Origin: Candidatus Bathyarchaeia archaeon
GTDB taxonomy: Archaea > Thermoproteota > Bathyarchaeia > Bathyarchaeales > Bathycorpusculaceae
Direction of reading: 5' to 3'
Assembly: GCA_049516875.1 (NCBI GenBank)
Contig: JBEKSS010000006.1
Location: 50,671 to 114,670 of the forward strand
DNA: 64,000 nt
Shown: in pieces, positions 58,418 through 64,000 of the stretch
Layout: each line of letters opens with the position of its first letter
Position numbering within the stretch: the first letter of the stretch is position 1
Notes under the pieces: model-generated
What the model was told of the DNA's origin: nothing
The model's database searches: none
The model's input: the letters and a program-made list of their open reading frames with translations, nothing else
Translations under genes and position numbers: made by a program

Positions 58418-59491
58418 TTGACTCAGCCCAAGTATACGGTAACGTGGAAGACTCTGATATTGATACCTATAGGTATCATCGCCTTTGTTGCATACGTATA
58501 TATTTTCGGAGTTGACATCCCGGACATTGTTTCGAAGGTTCAGCATATCAACCTGGACTTCTACGTGCTGGCCACTGTGGCAGCGGTGCTCGACACTCTG
58601 TTTTTTACTTTTGCTTGGCACTCGTTACTCAGATTTCTTAAGGTGAAAGTCTCGCTGTTCAAGTCGTTTCTTTTCGTGTGGATTGGAATATTCATTGATG
58701 GACTGATCCCTGCGGAATCAATAAGCGGAGAAGTTACCAAGATTTACTTGGTTAACAAGGAGCATGATGGGACTGCAGGGGCAGCTACAGCTTCGGTCGT
58801 TGCGCAGAGGCTGATAGGCATGGGCCTAAACGTTACAACCCTGTTGATAGGTGCTGCTCTATTGCTGGCTGAAAGCTTGCTCTACGGCATGATGCTTGCC
58901 CTGATACTGTTTCTCGTTGCCGTGACGTTCGTTTTTCTGGCCCTGATCCTTCTCTTGTGTGTGAAACAAAACTGGACCTTTAGATTGGTGGGCGCAGTAA
59001 CCGGGTTTGTGGAGCGCATAAGCAGGGGCCGCTGGAAGCTGACGACGCTCAGAGAGGAGATGGTTGCAGCTACCAGGTCTTTTCACGTGGCAATGAAAGA
59101 CTATGCTCACGCCCCCAAGACGTTGCTAACAGCGTCCCTTTTTTCGACGGTATCATGGATATTCAGTCTAGCCGTTTTCTATCTCACGTTCTTGGCCATC
59201 CCGAATGCTAAAATAAGCTGGAGCGCAATACTGGTAACCTCTGCAATTTTCGTGGCTGTAAAATCCATACCTGTAGGTGTTCCGTTTGAAGTTGGCTTGC
59301 CAGAAATAACGCTTTCCACGCTTCTGATGATATTCGGTGTCCCAAGGGAAATCAGTTTCACCGCGACAATCTTGATAAGACTTCCAACATTTTGGTTAAG
59401 GTTTTTCGTAGGCTTTGCAGCGGAGCAGTGGCTTGGGATAAAAGCCCTAATAACGAAAACAAAGGGCCGCACAGAGCTCCCTCAGAAGTGA
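58418..59491 (+). CDS. UPF0104 / lysylphosphatidylglycerol synthase TM (flippase-like) protein
   Basis: AWHSLL, LIPAESISGE, VVAQR, GLPE, ILIRLPTFW; about 8 TM helices. Confidence 0.85.
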   Translation: MTQPKYTVTWKTLILIPIGIIAFVAYVYIFGVDIPDIVSKVQHINLDFYVLATVAAVLDTLFFTFAWHSLLRFLKVKVSLFKSFLFVWIGIFIDGLIPAESISGEVTKIYLVNKEHDGTAGAATASVVAQRLIGMGLNVTTLLIGAALLLAESLLYGMMLALILFLVAVTFVFLALILLLCVKQNWTFRLVGAVTGFVERISRGRWKLTTLREEMVAATRSFHVAMKDYAHAPKTLLTASLFSTVSWIFSLAVFYLTFLAIPNAKISWSAILVTSAIFVAVKSIPVGVPFEVGLPEITLSTLLMIFGVPREISFTATILIRLPTFWLRFFVGFAAEQWLGIKALITKTKGRTELPQK

Positions 59492-59536
59492 AAAGCCTAA
59501 ATTTCACGCCTTTCTTTACTCTCAAAAGATGTGTTT

Positions 59537-59989
59537 ATGACAGTGACAGTGGAAGATGCCTCTGTGAAGTATCTAGACAGGCTGTACGAAATTGAAACAG
59601 AATGCTTCGGTGAAGAAGCCTTTACAAAGAAACAGATCGCTCAGTTACTGACAGATTACAATTCCATAAGCTTAATTGCCAGAGAAAACGGCGAGATCGT
59701 AGGATTCGTAGTGGGTATGATATATCCCGACAGAAAAGCCATCAACGGCCACATACTCACAATAGACGTTTCACGTTCACACCGTCGGAAGGGCATCGGA
59801 AAAATGCTCCTGCAGGAAATGGAAAGCATCTTCAGTCAAAAGGGCGTTCAAGCCTGCCTTCTTGAGGTGAGGGAGGATAACGTTGCTGCCATAAGCCTCT
59901 ACCGCAAACTGGAATACAAAGAGATAGCAAGGCTTGAAAACTATTATGGAAACACAAATGGGATATATTTGAAGAAGATCCTAGCTTAG
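59537..59989 (+). CDS. rimI: RimI/Ard1-like GNAT N-acetyltransferase
   Basis: GHILTIDV..HRRKGIG, LEVREDNVAAISLY, NYY. Confidence 0.88.
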   Translation: MTVTVEDASVKYLDRLYEIETECFGEEAFTKKQIAQLLTDYNSISLIARENGEIVGFVVGMIYPDRKAINGHILTIDVSRSHRRKGIGKMLLQEMESIFSQKGVQACLLEVREDNVAAISLYRKLEYKEIARLENYYGNTNGIYLKKILA

Positions 59990-60406
59990 CTTCCAAAGCT
60001 TCAACTTCGTTTTCTCATCAAAAACCCTCTGAACCTCCATGCCGGCAACTTCAACTATCACCAACTCTGCCGTTGCACCAACATGAGAGTCCTTCATTAG
60101 GTGACCGCCAAAGGCCTCGCCTTTTTCGTTTGAGACAACAACGTGTGCATGAATCACAACCTCGCCTTCCTCGTCGACAGCAACATTGCCAGTACATGAC
60201 GCTATTTCCAGAGGGCCTTCCAAACGGATTGTCTCGTACTTTCCCTCCTTGTAATATCCGAGCACTGCATGCTTCACAGTTCCAATCACAATGAAGAATC
60301 CGGCCCTTATTCCGTTCATCTCAGCTTGCCTTTTTACAGATTCAGCCAAGTCTTCATCTTCAAGTAAGCGCGAGAAAACAATTCTTCCAACTTTTCCGTT
60401 TAACAT
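59981..60406 (-). CDS. PPC/DUF296 domain protein
   Basis: LEIASCTGN, IHAHVVVS, FGGHL, AELVI. Confidence 0.9.
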   Translation of the reverse strand: MLNGKVGRIVFSRLLEDEDLAESVKRQAEMNGIRAGFFIVIGTVKHAVLGYYKEGKYETIRLEGPLEIASCTGNVAVDEEGEVVIHAHVVVSNEKGEAFGGHLMKDSHVGATAELVIVEVAGMEVQRVFDEKTKLKLWKLS

Positions 60407-60503
60407 TACCCGCGTGTCTCTTTTTCATTCAGTCTAAGGTTTGTTAGTTTCGAACGCAAACCCTAAAAACCTTCCTCGTATATATTTCTATTGTGAAGAT
60501 GCT

Positions 60504-60767
60504 TTGAACGGAAAGAAAAATGGCGACACACAGAGGCTTATCAGGGCCATCGTGGTGCTGATTCGCAACACCACTTGGAGATGTGGAAAACTCGAAAGAC
60601 TGATAGTGAGCAATCTGTACAGAAGGAATGTCAATTTTGGGAGGCCAGGCATTCCCATAAAAGAAATGATTCAAGGCTTCAAACTGACTGGCAAGAAGAG
60701 AAACGAATTTCTAGACGCAATAAGAAGACTGGAAAGAAGGAATATAGTGAGAATCTTGATGATTTAG
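60504..60767 (+). CDS. Small basic hypothetical protein (winged-helix-like)
   Basis: R/K-rich; FLDAIRRLERRNIV; probable TTG start at 60504. Confidence 0.55.
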   Translation: MNGKKNGDTQRLIRAIVVLIRNTTWRCGKLERLIVSNLYRRNVNFGRPGIPIKEMIQGFKLTGKKRNEFLDAIRRLERRNIVRILMI

Positions 60768-60846
60768 AGAGATTTTAGTCGGCCATCTCTCTAAATGCGT
60801 GCACGTTCAAGCTTGAGACTCTGCAGATTGTTTTTCGCGAGCGCTC

Positions 60847-61338
60847 TCAGGCTTTCTCTTTTATTTCCCTCGCGTTGGCAATCCATTTTTCCGTGATTTT
60901 CGGTGAAATCTGTAACTTTGCAGCTAGGTCTTCAGCTGATGCTTTGGTTAGGTCTTCAAGCCTGTTGATACCGACATTCTTGAGTTGTGCCGCCCGTTTT
61001 TCCTTGATTCCTTTTACCTTCATGAGTTCATCTGTCGTGGTTTGAGGTTGGACCGTTGGTGGTTGAGATTGAACAACTGTTTGGGCTTCTTCCTTCGTTG
61101 CAGTCTCTGCGATCGTTGGCTGTGTGAGTGGCGGCGGGGGAACGCTGCTCACTGCTTGCGTTTGTGTTACGGTTGTTGCTTTGGGTCTTTGAGTATACCC
61201 TAATCCGATGAATACAAGTCCAATCACAGCAGTTGTGACGACCCAGACTTGTTGTTGTTCGAACGAGTAGACGGCCGCTGCGAGTGTCACGATGAAAAAT
61301 ATTATTGCAACCGCGTACGATATATAATCTAAGCGCAT
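60847..61338 (-). CDS. Two-TM protein with Pro/Thr linker and C-terminal helix-hairpin-helix domain
   Basis: ELMKVKGIKEKRAAQLKNVGINRLEDL...ITEKWIANA. Confidence 0.8.
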   Translation of the reverse strand: MRLDYISYAVAIIFFIVTLAAAVYSFEQQQVWVVTTAVIGLVFIGLGYTQRPKATTVTQTQAVSSVPPPPLTQPTIAETATKEEAQTVVQSQPPTVQPQTTTDELMKVKGIKEKRAAQLKNVGINRLEDLTKASAEDLAAKLQISPKITEKWIANAREIKEKA

Positions 61339-61455
61339 GTTATCTTTCTCCCCTCTCTATGTTCTAGGGAAGTGTTTAAATAATTTTCTGAATTTTGGAC
61401 GCAAAAAAGGGAGAATTTGGCATTTTTACTGCTATCTGCGTTCTGTCTCCGTCGA

Positions 61456-62838
61456 CTATTTCAGCAGTTTGTCTTCTGGAGGCATTGGTTTAATCAGGCC
61501 TTGTTTCATCAAGACTTTGACTGATTCGCGAGCGTTGTGAATTATTGCGGTGGCTTTGTCGAAGAGTTCCTTCTTGCTCGGTTTAATCCTTGCAACTCCT
61601 TCATCAATGGATTTCAAAGCGCATGCGACTGCTTCGCGTGGGAAAACTTCCCACTCTTCCATTCTTGGCAGGATGTCTTCTTCATGCATTCCGCGTTCTT
61701 CGGCAAATTTCGCCAGTTCTTGGGCTGCTGCGATGCACATGTCATCTGTTACGGTTTTTGCTCTAACGTCAAGTACTCCTCGGAATATGGCTGGAAATCC
61801 AAGGCTGTTGTTAACTTGGTTCGGAAAGTCGCTTCTGCCCGTGGCTATGATGCGAGCGCCGGCTTCCTTAGCCTCCCATGGCCATATCTCAGGTATCGGG
61901 TTCGCACATGCAAAAACTATGGAATCATCAGCCATCGTTTTTATCCATTCCTTCTTTATCGTGTCTGGTCCAGGCTTTGACGCTGCCACCACGGCATCCA
62001 CGTCTTTGAATGCCTCAACTATCGTGCCTTTCCTCGCCTCTGCATTCGTTTTCTGAGCTAACTCAAACTTCCAAGGATCCTCATCTTTCATGATGTCTTT
62101 TCTTCCGGGGTAGACAATGCCTTTGGTGTCCACCATCATTATGTTTCCCGGCTTAATTCCCCATCTTATCAGGACATACGCTGTTCTCAAGTTTGCAGAG
62201 CCCGCACCAATCAAAGTTATCAAGGCTTTCTTCGGGTCTTTGCCCACGATTTTGAACGAGTTCATCAATCCTGCAAGAATAACCGTGGCAGTTCCCTGCT
62301 GGTCATCATGCCAGACTGGAATCTGAAGGCGTTCTCTGGCCTTTTCGAGGACGTAGAAACATTTTGGTTTCTCTATGTCTTCTAGGTTTATTCCTCCAAA
62401 GGTCGGCTGGATAAGCTCGCATACTCTGATGATCTCTTCTTGATTCTTAGTTTTTATACAGACTGGAAAAGCGTCAACCCCGCCTAGGTATTTGAACAGT
62501 AGGGCTTTCCCTTCCATCACGGGCATTGCTGCTTCGGGCCCTATGTCGCCTAATCCGAGCACGCGGGTTCCGTCTGACACAACAGCCACGTAGTTCCAAC
62601 GATTTGTAAGCTCAAACGACTTGTCCGTGTTCGCTTGAATTTCCTTGCATACAGCGGCTACGCCCGGAGTGTACCATACTGCAAAATCGCTGGGGCTTGA
62701 CACCGCGCATTTGGGCATTATCTGCACTTTTCCTTCATAAAATCTGTGCAACGGCGGTGACAACATTGAAGGCTTCTTAGCCTTTGCCAACAACTCATCT
62801 ACCGTGGGTTTTCTTTCTTCCTTCTTGGTTTGAGGCAT
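61456..62838 (-). CDS. NAD(P)-dependent malic enzyme
   Basis: YTPGVA, VSDGTRVLGLGDIG, PVMEGKA, INLEDI, HDDQQGTA, ATGRSDFPNQVNN. Confidence 0.95.
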   Translation of the reverse strand: MPQTKKEERKPTVDELLAKAKKPSMLSPPLHRFYEGKVQIMPKCAVSSPSDFAVWYTPGVAAVCKEIQANTDKSFELTNRWNYVAVVSDGTRVLGLGDIGPEAAMPVMEGKALLFKYLGGVDAFPVCIKTKNQEEIIRVCELIQPTFGGINLEDIEKPKCFYVLEKARERLQIPVWHDDQQGTATVILAGLMNSFKIVGKDPKKALITLIGAGSANLRTAYVLIRWGIKPGNIMMVDTKGIVYPGRKDIMKDEDPWKFELAQKTNAEARKGTIVEAFKDVDAVVAASKPGPDTIKKEWIKTMADDSIVFACANPIPEIWPWEAKEAGARIIATGRSDFPNQVNNSLGFPAIFRGVLDVRAKTVTDDMCIAAAQELAKFAEERGMHEEDILPRMEEWEVFPREAVACALKSIDEGVARIKPSKKELFDKATAIIHNARESVKVLMKQGLIKPMPPEDKLLK

Positions 62839-63011
62839 AACGATTTTCTCCTTTGAAACGGAGTTGATGTTTCAGGAGCTAGACCTTTAAATGTTACGGT
62901 CAGCCTGCGCGGAAATACAAAATGACAATTGCCTTTCAATATCTTCAATGGATAAAAAGGAAATCGAGAAAAATGAAGCTGGGATGGTATTAAGACAAGT
63001 TCTGTTTGTGC

Positions 63012-63521
63012 CTAATATCTTCTTTGCCTGTAGCCGCCGCCTCTTCTGTCCCTGTCGCGCCCGCCGCCATATCCCCCTCTTCCGCTGCCGAAGTCTCTTC
63101 CACCGCCGCCTCTGAACGGCCTTCTGGGCTCTTCGTACACTTTGGTTGACACGTTGTTCTCAGTGTTTACTTCGCCTGCGATTGCTTGTTCTGCAATTTC
63201 TAGCGTGCCGTATCTGCCGACGTTTAAGCGCATGTTTCCTCTGAACAGGTTTATGTAGCCGTTCTTGACGTTTATGGTGTCTCCTTCGTTCACTTTTTCG
63301 ATGTTGTCATCCCAAAGGGTCAGGTAGATGCAGCCTGTTTCGTCGCCTACGAGAGCATCGCTCACTTTGTGGGGTTCGCCGTCTCTTCCTGCTGTGATGT
63401 TCCTGACTTCGCTTTTGGATACAAACTTTGCCAAGACGTTCACGGCCCGAGACGAGGGACTCAACTCGCCAACTTTAGCGTCTACAGGTTGTTTGTTTCC
63501 TGTAAAACCTTCAACTGCCAA
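63012..63521 (-). CDS. ssb: Single-OB-fold single-stranded DNA-binding protein (crenarchaeal type) with RG-rich tail
   Basis: VGDETGCIYLTLWD, IKNGY-like VKNGYI, LNVGRYG; Gly/Arg-rich C-terminus. Confidence 0.92.
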   Translation of the reverse strand: MAVEGFTGNKQPVDAKVGELSPSSRAVNVLAKFVSKSEVRNITAGRDGEPHKVSDALVGDETGCIYLTLWDDNIEKVNEGDTINVKNGYINLFRGNMRLNVGRYGTLEIAEQAIAGEVNTENNVSTKVYEEPRRPFRGGGGRDFGSGRGGYGGGRDRDRRGGGYRQRRY

Positions 63522-63604
63522 TCTTTTTCAACACCTTACATATTTAACAATTCAACCATAACATAATGACCATACTTAAGGCTTTTGGTAGTGGAGTTTC
63601 ACCT

Positions 63605-63690
63605 TTAAGCGCAAACATTAAGAAACCTCTTAGGCTTTCTGAACAACATTATGCCATTCTTTTCAATGATATACTCGAAGCTTTCTTGCC
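63605..63690 (-). pseudogene. Second probable integrase C-terminal remnant
   Basis: ESFEYIIEKNGIMLFRKPKRF resembles EAGYAYVTDMDGQKLFRKRK at 14232..14294. Confidence 0.45.
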
Positions 63691-64000
63691 AACATTCATA
63701 TACCTGTCTGCTTGTGGAGAAAGAGGACTCGCCAGCATCAGATATTTCGAAAGAGAAAAGACTATTGACTAGCTGTCTTCCCATGATATCCTAGCATATT
63801 TACAGCAGGTTTATCTTGAAAAAGGCGCTATAGACAATTGAAAGTTGAGGTGATAGAACATGAGTAGAGAACAGAATGCCCGCAGAAAACCTATCAATAG
63901 CGCTCGACGTGATAGAGCTAAGGCCATCAAACGAGAAGAGCTCGTGGTGGAAAGAAGCAGAAGAGAAGATGATAGCCCAATTTTGTCTTTTCACCTCCAA

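Noticed and set aside
63800-64000. 66-aa minus-strand ORF at the window edge
   Set aside because: No recognisable features and cannot be judged at the boundary

Overview
Archaeal chromosome segment. The gene set and style (fibrillarin/Nop5, Trm1, archaeal IleRS, crenarchaeal-type SSB, archaellin, Ftr, dockerin-tailed NosD/PQQ surface protein) point to a TACK archaeon, most likely Bathyarchaeia (inference). It holds about 50 CDS, mostly housekeeping or metabolic, plus tRNA-Ala(CGC) and tRNA-Lys(CTT). Many gene relics lie between them: two integrase-like C-termini, a Cas1/casposase-like fragment, and EamA, GNAT and dockerin fragments. Main observations: (1) alternating-CG runs and palindromes (GCGCGC, TAGCGCGTGCTAG) bracket accessory genes and mark the break points of three gene fragments, and a 162-186 bp MITE-like element sits in one such palindrome, suggesting an undescribed cassette or recombination system; (2) a divergent glutamine-synthetase / HutI-like amidohydrolase / Ftr-paralog cluster whose substrate-binding motifs are altered; (3) an accessory island (49.2-55.2 kb) with a PD-(D/E)XK nuclease, a long coiled-coil protein, a GOLD-like domain inserted in a DNRLRE-like surface protein and the cas1 relic; (4) a ParB-ASCH fusion; (5) several dispersed or flanking repeats and unannotated microproteins. 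All family calls come from motif recognition by eye; no database searches were run.
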